Positions 1 through 8,156 of a stretch of DNA of 48,483 bases are shown piece after piece. The stretch is from IMG/VR virus record IMGVR_UViG_3300030372_005199, positions 1-48,483 of that record; one strand, 5' to 3'. The stretch's first letter is position 1; each line of letters opens with the position of its first letter. The notes beneath the pieces are model-generated. The model was not told the DNA's origin. It made no database searches and saw nothing but the letters and a program-made list of their open reading frames with translations. This stretch comes from a virus (taxonomy: Duplodnaviria > Caudoviricetes). The translations under genes and the position numbers were made by a program.

Positions 1-359
1 GTAAACCCCAACGGGTTCACTCCCGTTAGGTAAGAAGGCTCCCGCTCATACGTGACCGGGAGCCTTTTCTATTTTCAGGATCGTGCGCATCGAATGCGCA
101 CAAGCCCCGAAACTTCCCCCTCCAGGCTCCTAGAACGTCCGTAGAGCGTCCGTCGCTACAGTCGCAAGCCCAAACACCAGCCACAGCAGCCGCCTCACAG
201 CGGATTCCCAGGCTGTCCGTAGAGTTTGCCACGACCAACAGCTAGGCAACACGCCAACAGCCCCCCTTGAGCCGCCCTGGGAGCCGCTACAGCCCTCCGA
301 CCCGTCTGGCGGGTGTTACCGCCCCAGCAGCAGCCCCAACACGGCACAAGCCAGCACAG
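1..359 (+). repeat. Terminal direct repeat, left copy (imperfect match to 48125..48483)
   Basis: Ungapped manual alignment at offset 48124: 1-77 and 298-359 identical, 26 substitutions in between (about 93% identity). Confidence 0.95.
35..76 (+). terminator. Rho-independent terminator (second copy at 48159..48200)
   Basis: AAGGCTCCCG / CGGGAGCCTT 10-bp stem followed by TTCTATTTTC; lies just downstream of ORF 47625..48128 when the genome is circularised. Confidence 0.75.
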
Positions 360-542
360 GAACCCACAGCACAGCAGCAGCGCAAACACCGCCAGCAATG
401 ACCCAACGGCTACAGCCTCAAAAGCCTGTGTATCGTTATGAAACAACGCCTCAGATGGACTTTACAGCACCACTGAGCTGTGCGATAGTGCGACCTGGGG
501 CAAGCCGCCCCAGTTTCAAAATAAAAAACAGAGGAGAAAATT

Positions 543-1319
543 ATGGCTGGAATTATGGTTGATAAGCGCAAAGGTGGACGGTTCTGCACCTTTGAGGACG
601 TGGTTGCTGTACCGTTACCGGAGCGAACACGCACGTATCAGCCGCTCGCCAACGGAGACGCGATTCGCCTCGTGCAATCAACGATCGTTGACGAGTTCGG
701 TTGCCGCCCTGAAGAGCTGCAATCAACGTTCGCGCTTTCGCAGAACGATCAACAGATGTTCGGGTGTTTCGTTGTTCCCGCAGTAGCGAACAAGAAATAC
801 CATTCTCAGTTGATGTACGCTTTCCGCAACTCGTACAACAAAACAGCGAGCTTCGGTATGGCCGGAGGAGCGCACTGCTGGGGATGCGACAACGGACAGA
901 TGAGCGGAGAGATCGTGCTCATGCGGAAACACACTGCAAACATCCTCGGTGATTTGCAGGAGCTTTGCTCAACGGTTGTTTCCAAAGGTGTTGGCGTGTT
1001 CAACTTGGCGATGGTTCATAACGAACTGCTTCAAGAGATTGAAGTGGAGGACGACTTCGCACACGCGCTGATCGGTATTGCTCGCGGACGCAACGTGATC
1101 CGATCACAGCAGGCTGAAATCGTCTATCGTGAGTGGCAACACCCAAGCTTTGAAGGGCACAGCGGTCGCGATGCTCACGCGCTTTACAACTGTTTCACGC
1201 AAGGCGCGAAGCACGGACCAGCCGGACAGACCATGCAACGTCACCGGAAAGTTCAGAAATACTTTGAAGCAACGTTCCCACAGTTGGAGGAAGCCAACCA
1301 AGAAGCAGCGCTTGTATAG
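543..1319 (+). CDS. DUF932/DUF945-like phage protein
   Basis: SD GAGGAG; pattern TxTYQPL..., FRNSYNKT.S, C.NG, KHT resembles DUF932 family. Confidence 0.7.
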   Translation: MAGIMVDKRKGGRFCTFEDVVAVPLPERTRTYQPLANGDAIRLVQSTIVDEFGCRPEELQSTFALSQNDQQMFGCFVVPAVANKKYHSQLMYAFRNSYNKTASFGMAGGAHCWGCDNGQMSGEIVLMRKHTANILGDLQELCSTVVSKGVGVFNLAMVHNELLQEIEVEDDFAHALIGIARGRNVIRSQQAEIVYREWQHPSFEGHSGRDAHALYNCFTQGAKHGPAGQTMQRHRKVQKYFEATFPQLEEANQEAALV

Positions 1320-1388
1320 ATTCCAACAGACGACCTCGGTTGCGTGATCGGGGTCGTCGATTGGTGTCTAAACAATTAAACAAAGGAA

Positions 1389-1838
1389 ATGACAATGGGA
1401 CATAACGATTCCAGCAGAATCTACGAGCTAGGTAAGAGGCTCAACACAATTGAAGCGGCGTTGGGTAACAAGCTAGACACAATAGAAGCGGCTCAGAAAC
1501 GGATGCACGATACTGTCTACTATGTGAGCAGCAAAATCCAGGAGCTTGAGCACGAAGCACTCCGTCGCATCTTGTTTCACGTTGAAGCGCTCACTGAGGA
1601 AGAAAAGAACGGAAAACCGTTGCAACGTGTAATGGATCAATCGCTTGAGGCGATAGAAGCCATTGAAGCTTTCGTGAAAGCGAAACCCGACTGCCAAGAA
1701 GACCCGCGCTTGCGGCTTGCGCTTGGTAAGGTCGCTTCGGTTTACGCTGTCGCGTTTCGTTATGTCAACGAGCTGGGCGAGCTTGAGTACAACCAAGCAG
1801 CGCGTCGCGCGATTGCGGAGGTGTGTAAAGATGACTGA
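1389..1838 (+). CDS. Hypothetical helical protein
   Basis: ORF preceded by AAACAAAGGA leader; start may be the ATG at 1395. Confidence 0.7.
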   Translation: MTMGHNDSSRIYELGKRLNTIEAALGNKLDTIEAAQKRMHDTVYYVSSKIQELEHEALRRILFHVEALTEEEKNGKPLQRVMDQSLEAIEAIEAFVKAKPDCQEDPRLRLALGKVASVYAVAFRYVNELGELEYNQAARRAIAEVCKDD

Positions 1839-2097
1839 GCCGACAGACAAACCAACTCAAGATGAAATACTCGCTCACAAGATCTATGAGAAAGTCATGG
1901 AAGAGTGCCAGAACCAAATCCTAGCAAGCGCAGCGATTGAGACAGTCAGCGCGTGTTTGCGAGGAGACGAGCCTGAAGAAGTTGTTGTCAACTTGCACAT
2001 CATTTTCAAATTGAAACAAGCCTTAGAAGACCAGCAGAAAGCAACGGGGCAGATGATCGCCGTGCTTGACAGGCTAATCAGACACAGAGTGCTTTGA
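1831..2097 (+). CDS. Hypothetical protein
   Basis: ATG at 1831 overlaps the end of the upstream gene; GGAGG upstream. Confidence 0.65.
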   Translation: MTEPTDKPTQDEILAHKIYEKVMEECQNQILASAAIETVSACLRGDEPEEVVVNLHIIFKLKQALEDQQKATGQMIAVLDRLIRHRVL

Positions 2098-2167
2098 TAC
2101 CAGGGTAGATCATTCAGACGAATGGTCTGCCCGAGTATCTTTACCACAACCAAACAAAGGAAAAACA

Positions 2168-3241
2168 ATGGTTCAGTTCAAAAACCATTTTGACGAATGG
2201 TACACACACCAACACCCAGTCGTTCTCGCAAAGGGAATAGACATGAATCAGCCTGGAGTCACACAACACCTATTCAACGAGGCGCTTCTAAGACAGCACG
2301 AGCGACCCCTGACTCCCGCCTCAAGTTGCATGGTGGCCAATCAAAGAGCATACCATCAACACGGTCGCAACGCTTTCGTTCTTTCAGACCAGATGTGCGA
2401 CATGTTTGAGAAGACTGATTTGCACAACGTGAAAGCGGAACACGTGAAGCTCCCTTACAAAGCGTTCTATATATCGTTGCCGGTTGGCAGATATAAAATC
2501 TGGGGAGGGGAGGACACGGAGTGGCACGACGCGTGGGGAATTTACTTGCGGAAAGGGTGTTCCTGGGAAGATCCCAAGTTCCTGGTCCTTTCCGTTGCCG
2601 GAGGACCTAACGAAAAATCCATATCCTTTGGCGACGACGCCATGACTTGGATAGGGCTAGACCTTGAGCAGATTGAGCAGCAGCAACGAACGCTGGAAGA
2701 GCTGGTCGAGGACAAGTACAACGCTCACGACGTGCTCCGTCCTTGGCGGGACCCGAACAACGTTATGTCCACCAGCGACGAAGACTTCGCCAAGTTCCTA
2801 GACATGAATCAGACTGACTTGCTGCTAAAGGCTACCAGGATCGCGATCAACTTGATCTTGTACCTAAGTCACGAAGGCGAGCACAAGCCCTGTGAAGTCC
2901 AGGAGCGGCGTCTCAAGAAGCGTGCTTGGTTGCTTTCAGACATGGACAAGATGAGCCCAGCCAAACAACTCAAAGCGAGCACCAAAGCAACCTTGATATC
3001 CAACTCAACGTTTCACCTGATTGGTGACCCGCACGCCAAAGCTGAGCCGGCGGAAGTGACGAAGCACTGGGTTCGCGGCCACTGGCACACGTATCGCGTC
3101 GGTAAAGGGCGAACAGGTAGAGTGCTCAAATGGGTACAGCCCCACCAGCGAGGGACCAAGGAGAAGGATTCTACGGAGTCTCGAGAATATGTCTTCGAAG
3201 AAGGCGATAACCAACAACAAACAAAGGAGAGTCGGCGATGA
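2168..3241 (+). CDS. Hypothetical protein with C-terminal HWVRGHW...WVxPHxRG motif
   Basis: 357-aa ORF with AAACAAAGGA leader; the C-terminal His/Trp/Arg motif recurs in phage proteins of unknown function. Confidence 0.8.
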   Translation: MVQFKNHFDEWYTHQHPVVLAKGIDMNQPGVTQHLFNEALLRQHERPLTPASSCMVANQRAYHQHGRNAFVLSDQMCDMFEKTDLHNVKAEHVKLPYKAFYISLPVGRYKIWGGEDTEWHDAWGIYLRKGCSWEDPKFLVLSVAGGPNEKSISFGDDAMTWIGLDLEQIEQQQRTLEELVEDKYNAHDVLRPWRDPNNVMSTSDEDFAKFLDMNQTDLLLKATRIAINLILYLSHEGEHKPCEVQERRLKKRAWLLSDMDKMSPAKQLKASTKATLISNSTFHLIGDPHAKAEPAEVTKHWVRGHWHTYRVGKGRTGRVLKWVQPHQRGTKEKDSTESREYVFEEGDNQQQTKESRR

Positions 3242-3873
3242 GTAAAGCAGCGCCAAGAGAGAAAATCATTGCGGAAAAAATCAAGGAGGCTTCGCTTGAC
3301 GTGAAAGCTACCAAGGAGCAAGCGGAAGAAGCTTTGGCAATAGCCACAGCAGCGGAGGCGATAACCATTCACGACGAGCAGGGCTTTGAAGAAGCTTCTA
3401 GCATACTGCTTGAAGTGAAGGACAGGGGGAAGCAGATTGAAGCACGCCGCAAGCTGATCACGAAACCCATGATGCAAGCTAAGAAAGAAGTTGACGAGTT
3501 ATTCAAAGCGCCGATCGCGAGTTTGAAGAAAGCGGAAACCAAACTGAAGCGAGCGATCGGTGACTACGTTGAACGCATGGAGGCCGAGCAGCAGGAGCTG
3601 ATCGTGGAAGCGCAAGAGGCACACGAAGCAGGTTCCACAACCTTGGAGGTTCGCGAGAAGCTTGTGCAAGCAACGCAGCGGACAGCTCCGAAGGTGAAGG
3701 GTGTTTCTATGCGGACTGTTACCAAGTTTGAGATCGTGGACGTGGAGCAGTTGCCGAGGCACCTGATGAAGCCAGACGAAGCCAAGATCAGGGCAATGGT
3801 GAACAGTGGCTTAACGGTTCCAGGAGTGCGCACCTGGACCGAGAAGTCCGTGTCAGCGAGGCCTCAGTCGTAG
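3238..3873 (+). CDS. Coiled-coil phage protein (Gp157/Gam-like, tentative)
   Basis: Long heptad-rich helix then C-terminal PDEAKIR...VPGVR motif; ATGA overlap with upstream stop. Confidence 0.55.
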   Translation: MSKAAPREKIIAEKIKEASLDVKATKEQAEEALAIATAAEAITIHDEQGFEEASSILLEVKDRGKQIEARRKLITKPMMQAKKEVDELFKAPIASLKKAETKLKRAIGDYVERMEAEQQELIVEAQEAHEAGSTTLEVREKLVQATQRTAPKVKGVSMRTVTKFEIVDVEQLPRHLMKPDEAKIRAMVNSGLTVPGVRTWTEKSVSARPQS

Positions 3874-3903
3874 CCTAATTGACGCAAATCAGGGACAGGT
3901 GAT

Positions 3904-3949
3904 AGCCTTGCCAACGGGGGAGAGTTCTCGTTGGCGAGGCTTTCTTATT
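3904..3949 (+). terminator. Terminator-like hairpin
   Basis: AGCCTTGCCAACGGGG / TTCTCGTTGGCGAGGCT stem with G-U pairs followed by TTCTTATT. Confidence 0.55.
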
Positions 3950-3959
3950 GGAGGGAATA

Positions 3960-4232
3960 ATGAACACGAATAAATCGCGGATTCCGTACGATACATCCGG
4001 AGATGCTCCCGGAGGGTGCGGTCAAATCAAGATATGCGTTTACGGAAAAACAGAACAGCAAGCGAGAGAGCGTTACGCGAGAGCGTGCAACGAAGCGCGG
4101 CTCATAAGGGTTGAAGAAGAACGGCAAGAACCAAACCGGTTCATGATCAAATGGGTGGAGCGTATGACTTCGCTATGTGACGTGATTGAGTTTGCCGGTT
4201 GGCGTAACAGAAAGAAGAAGAACGGTGAGTGA
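3960..4232 (+). CDS. Hypothetical protein
   Basis: SD GGAGGG upstream of ATG 3960; last gene of the plus-strand arm. Confidence 0.55.
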   Translation: MNTNKSRIPYDTSGDAPGGCGQIKICVYGKTEQQARERYARACNEARLIRVEEERQEPNRFMIKWVERMTSLCDVIEFAGWRNRKKKNGE

Positions 4233-4244
4233 TTGATTCACCGT

Positions 4245-4289
4245 ACCCTTGGCTCGCCTACTCCAATCCATCTCGGGCGAGTCAGGGGT
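4245..4289. terminator. Hairpin between convergent arms (possible bidirectional terminator)
   Basis: ACCCTTGGCTCGCCT / GGGCGAGTCAGGGGT 15-bp stem between stops at 4232 (+) and 4291 (-). Confidence 0.5.
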
Positions 4290-4290
4290 T

Positions 4291-4866
4291 TCACCACCAC
4301 TGATCAAGCAGTGTGTAAGTGAAAGTCTTGAACCCAGCGATGCTGACCTGCTTCCTGCATATATCCATGAACTCCTCAAAGTCCACGGAACGAGCAAACA
4401 CCTGACAACCCGCTGACCATTTATCAATCTGCGTGGAAACCTTGCCAGCTTTATGGATGTTGATACCGAAGAACCCTTCCTCGGTGTTGCCCCAACGATC
4501 CGCAGTGGAGTCGCGGTTTACATCGCGCCACACCTTGACAGGACCGACCTGAGTGAGCGCGTCGTACTGACCTCGATGTTTACCTATTTCGTAGACGCCG
4601 CGATACTGACCAGGACAAAGGACAGCGGTTCCCTTCACGTTCATGGGGTTTTCTAACCAGTATTGTCCAGGATCAACAGTAGCGCTCCAGTAATGCCCGC
4701 GCCAACAACCGTCCCATAGATAAAACACACCCACAACGTCGTTGAATACGTTTGTTTCATTTTGCTTATTTCTTATTCCGAAGATATTCAGATCATAATC
4801 ATATTTTGGATTAGAGAACACCGCGTAACCGAGCGACTTCATGTGAGCTAGCACAGGAGGGAGCAT
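4291..4866 (-). CDS. Putative endolysin, L,D-transpeptidase (YkuD)-like Cys peptidase
   Basis: GINIH-x12-SAGCQV resembles the YkuD H...S-x-G-C catalytic motif; last gene of the late arm, next to membrane genes. Confidence 0.65.
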   Translation of the reverse strand: MLPPVLAHMKSLGYAVFSNPKYDYDLNIFGIRNKQNETNVFNDVVGVFYLWDGCWRGHYWSATVDPGQYWLENPMNVKGTAVLCPGQYRGVYEIGKHRGQYDALTQVGPVKVWRDVNRDSTADRWGNTEEGFFGINIHKAGKVSTQIDKWSAGCQVFARSVDFEEFMDICRKQVSIAGFKTFTYTLLDQWW

Positions 4867-5096
4867 CAGAACCTCACCTTCAATCCGGCCATAGCGTTCC
4901 AGTCTTTTTGATTGGCGAAATCACCGGAGGCGAACGCGACAACGTCTCGGCCAAGATTAACATCAAGATTAGCGATAGCCCTGGAACCATTAGGGCCAAG
5001 AGAAGCGCCGAGTAGAAGGTCAACTGTGTTTTCCGGAAGAGCCGCTGACCGAGCAAGCCCTTGAGCGATCCCATCCCTCAGTTTTCCGGTGACTGC
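4866..5096 (-). CDS. Start-less -1 frame extension of the holin-like gene; YadA-anchor-like beta module
   Basis: 76 open codons after A-AAA-AAG (5102..5096): AVTGKLRDGIAQGLARSAALPENTVDLLLGASLGPNGSRAIANLDVNLGRDVVAFASGDFANQKDWNAMAGLKVRF; its TGA overlaps the endolysin ATG (TGATG). Confidence 0.7.
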   Translation of the reverse strand, partial: AVTGKLRDGIAQGLARSAALPENTVDLLLGASLGPNGSRAIANLDVNLGRDVVAFASGDFANQKDWNAMAGLKVRF

Positions 5097-5323
5097 TTTT
5101 TTGCGATCTCTCTCGCAGCTTGAACTTGAGCAGCACCGAGGGCTTCCTTCCCTTTGATAGAACTACGTCCCGCAGAGTAAGCCGCCGGAGATAGCATCAT
5201 CATGACGCCTCCGATGATTTCAGCGATACCGCCTTCAGTACCAGTCGCAGCCATAACAGCTCCAGCGATGAACGCTGCTACGCTGAACCATAATTCAGTT
5301 GATTTCAATCCTGCTTTACCCAT
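5078..5323 (-). CDS. Holin-like small membrane protein
   Basis: 81 aa, KSTELW motif, two hydrophobic segments, charged C-terminus, upstream of the endolysin. Confidence 0.65.
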   Translation of the reverse strand: MGKAGLKSTELWFSVAAFIAGAVMAATGTEGGIAEIIGGVMMMLSPAAYSAGRSSIKGKEALGAAQVQAAREIAKKQSPEN

Positions 5324-5717
5324 TGTTATCCCCTAACGTTGCCAGAGCTTTCGCTCTACCGCGTTCTTCTGCTGCTCTTTCAAGCGCGTCGTTTTCTAAC
5401 CTATCTTTTATTTCAAACGCAGTCGCTCCGGTCTTGGTCGTTACGCGGTTGATATTATCTGTGAGCGTTTCCAAGCGAGTTGTTTTCTCGTGAACGTCGT
5501 CTATTCTATCGTTGATTCGTTCGAGTGTTTGACCAGTAGCCGCAAGGCATTCCGTCATCTGCCCCATCTGGTTCGCCATCTCAGTTTGATTTAGATCTAT
5601 CTGGACGGAACCCTTGCCGTTCTTATTGAACTTCTGGTCTACGAGTTTCTCGATGATTTTAATGAGGCCCATAAGACAAGCAAACATCGCTCCGGCTTCA
5701 ACCATCCCCGACTCCAT
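5316..5717 (-). CDS. Membrane-anchored coiled-coil protein (lysis accessory or i-spanin-like)
   Basis: N-terminal hydrophobic segment AGAMFACLMGLIKII followed by heptad repeats; in the lysis cluster. Confidence 0.55.
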   Translation of the reverse strand: MESGMVEAGAMFACLMGLIKIIEKLVDQKFNKNGKGSVQIDLNQTEMANQMGQMTECLAATGQTLERINDRIDDVHEKTTRLETLTDNINRVTTKTGATAFEIKDRLENDALERAAEERGRAKALATLGDNNG

Positions 5718-5721
5718 GCCA

Positions 5722-6045
5722 CTACCCTTCCTCTGGGACGGGTAGTGCAGCAACCCAAGCCGCCGCTTGAACTTGATTCAGCATCTCGTAACCGAGGTCT
5801 CTAAACTTATCAAAATCGCCGCCAACTTCTAAACCCAGACACGAGATCTTGAAGACTTGATGCGTGTCCGATTTTGCTCCAAGTCCAAATCGTCTGGTCC
5901 TCGTGTCGAATGTCGGATGCACGGTTGAAACGTTTCCTTCTGCGTCCGATACATCAAAATCATATTGCGTAACTTCCGCAGGGAACTCATTCCCAATATC
6001 TGACAAAGGCACAAGCATATAGGTCCAAGACCACTGCGACATCAC
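5722..6045 (-). CDS. Hypothetical protein (possible fibre-associated chaperone)
   Basis: Coupled to the LamG gene stop; function inferred from position only. Confidence 0.6.
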   Translation of the reverse strand: MMSQWSWTYMLVPLSDIGNEFPAEVTQYDFDVSDAEGNVSTVHPTFDTRTRRFGLGAKSDTHQVFKISCLGLEVGGDFDKFRDLGYEMLNQVQAAAWVAALPVPEEG

Positions 6046-8156
6046 AAACCTCCTACGACACGAAAGCCGCTAGTGTATAAAAGCTTCACTTCGTTTTCAG
6101 ACAGTGAACGAGCGTAGACTCGCGGATAAGCAATCGCCCCGTCCCATTGCGCGGTAGTCCCAGTAGACCCGATTGTGAGCGGATCTGTGCCGGGAGTATC
6201 CCCACTCCTTGCGCTGATGTCTTTGTCGGCCGAGGCGTTATGAACTCCGTCGAGATACATCCTCGCAGTAGTCCAAGCCGATTCGCTCGTGTTTAGAACA
6301 AAGACATAATGATGCCAGTCGTTGTCAGTCAGATTCCCTTGACCGACATCGGTGCTGCCTGAACCGTCGCCAAAGTTGAATTGGATAGCGTCGGAAGCAT
6401 CATCACGGATTCTCAAATACCAGCGGTCATTAACTTCGTCTTTATCGAGGATTGGGGTTGAAGAACCGTTTCCTAAATTTCTCATTTTAGCCCAAACTGA
6501 AACAGTGAATCCTTCAGATACGTCAGGGTTTAAATTCACATCGTGGGGGATCGTAACAAGCTCTTTCCCGTTGAGATTGATCACGGCATTGTCTGCTCGC
6601 TTCTCTTGTGTGCTTCCTAATACTGTAATCCCCGCTGTGATTCCTTCTGGGATTGTTGTCATTTCAGTACCGCCCACACGGGTCAAGTTCTTGGAACCCT
6701 TCAAGTCTTGAACAGTGAAGGCATTATCCAATTTCCAGTAATGAGACAAATCGCCAGAGCTTGCATAATTCCCAGAATCGGACAAAGGGTCAAACTCAGG
6801 GCCGCCGTCGTATAAAGCGGTGACTTCAGAAGCAGATAGATCATCCCCCCAGACTGCGATGCTCACAATGTAGCCATCAAAAAACCCGCCGGGCGAACCG
6901 CCAGCAACAAACCGAGCGCCGATAGCAGTCGAGTCAGAGCCTTGTGTCCCAAAACCGGTGAGCGAAGTAGATGTTTTTTCAGAGCCGTTCACGTACAGTT
7001 TCATGGTGCTGGTGGAATAACCGCTGCCATCGTAGCATCCGACAATGTGGGTGAGCTTTCCGGCATAGCTGACTCCGCCATCATCTGCTTTCCCGAAGTA
7101 CCCCGAACCAGCGAAGTGTTGAAACTGAGCTTTTCCCGATGAAGGAATTACAATCCCGGTCCGACTATTGCCGTCGTTAGCAGTTTCGATAACACACTGA
7201 CCGGCATCGCTAAACGGAATCACCCAAGCGGAAACCGCTAAACCGCTGGACTGATCCAAACCGTTGCCTCCAGTATAGTGATCGTTCGCGCCATCAAAAA
7301 ACCTTCGAGATGTGCTCGGCATCAATCCAAGCTGTGGGCACGGCGGCTGCTGAGCTAACTCCATCCCGCAATTGTTTGCGAGAGCGTGATTATTTCTGCC
7401 AGAGGCATCCATAACATAAAGACCGTTGAGGCTGTTTGCCCCCGTAATCTGGTAATCCGTAAGAGGCAGGTAAAGCTTGAGCGCAGAAGCAGAAACCCCT
7501 GTCGGCAAAGCTTGCTCGGGATTGTTGTATTGCTCCAGAGCCTGAGCTGCTGTCAGGTTGACGTTGAAATATTTCACGCATGAAGCAGAGCCGTGGTAAG
7601 GGCTGGTCCCACTAGAATCAGCGAAAAGAAACTTGTTACCAGTCTCTGCGTTTTTTGTTCCTACAGGCCTCTGCGTGGAATCCAGGCTAGAAGCAACACC
7701 GTTAATGTAGAGAATCGGATCATTGGCTGTAGCCGAACCGTCATAAACAAGCGCAAAATGAAACCAGTTGCCCGCAGCGATCCCCATGTCGTTAAAGGTC
7801 CAGATTCCTAACGTGCTATCCCATTTCGCTTGAAAGACGAGCCCTCCACCGCTGGTCAGATACGCGAAAGTTCCAACGGTTGTATCAAATATGCGGTCGA
7901 AGTTGGCGTAGTTATCCACCTTCAACCACGTACTGAGTGTTCCACCCGATGCGAAAATTCCATCAAGGTCACTGGGCGAACCGAGCGAGAGGTAATCACC
8001 AGTGCCGTCAAGAGCTAGAGCCCGACCAGTAACCAGGGTTCCTGTGTTTGCATCACTGGACAGGTCCCGAGCATTCCCCTCACCTACGACGAAACGAGAA
8101 TCGAGCGCTAATCCCGTTTTCGGATAAACTTGGCTGATGTCGGGGCTTGGGATCAT
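6042..8156 (-). CDS. Tail/receptor-binding protein with about three LamG (concanavalin A-like) domains
   Basis: Repeated T(L/V)SxW, W(F/H)HxxxV, LYxNG/MYLDG, IG and LSxxEVxxLY motifs. Confidence 0.85.
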   Translation of the reverse strand: MIPSPDISQVYPKTGLALDSRFVVGEGNARDLSSDANTGTLVTGRALALDGTGDYLSLGSPSDLDGIFASGGTLSTWLKVDNYANFDRIFDTTVGTFAYLTSGGGLVFQAKWDSTLGIWTFNDMGIAAGNWFHFALVYDGSATANDPILYINGVASSLDSTQRPVGTKNAETGNKFLFADSSGTSPYHGSASCVKYFNVNLTAAQALEQYNNPEQALPTGVSASALKLYLPLTDYQITGANSLNGLYVMDASGRNNHALANNCGMELAQQPPCPQLGLMPSTSRRFFDGANDHYTGGNGLDQSSGLAVSAWVIPFSDAGQCVIETANDGNSRTGIVIPSSGKAQFQHFAGSGYFGKADDGGVSYAGKLTHIVGCYDGSGYSTSTMKLYVNGSEKTSTSLTGFGTQGSDSTAIGARFVAGGSPGGFFDGYIVSIAVWGDDLSASEVTALYDGGPEFDPLSDSGNYASSGDLSHYWKLDNAFTVQDLKGSKNLTRVGGTEMTTIPEGITAGITVLGSTQEKRADNAVINLNGKELVTIPHDVNLNPDVSEGFTVSVWAKMRNLGNGSSTPILDKDEVNDRWYLRIRDDASDAIQFNFGDGSGSTDVGQGNLTDNDWHHYVFVLNTSESAWTTARMYLDGVHNASADKDISARSGDTPGTDPLTIGSTGTTAQWDGAIAYPRVYARSLSENEVKLLYTSGFRVVGGL

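Noticed and set aside
78-297. Diversity-generating retroelement TR/VR pair (the two diverged terminal copies)
   Set aside because: Differences are not adenine-specific on either strand, the region is non-coding, and no reverse transcriptase is present.
4880-5074. 64-aa ORF from the track as a holin or spanin
   Set aside because: The overlapping -1 frame has a slippery-site entry, a coherent beta-anchor pattern and TGATG coupling to the endolysin, so this ORF is more likely a shadow, though not strictly excluded.
5316-5717. o-spanin lipoprotein (Cys in MFAC)
   Set aside because: No basic n-region or proper hydrophobic h-region before the Cys, so not a credible lipobox.
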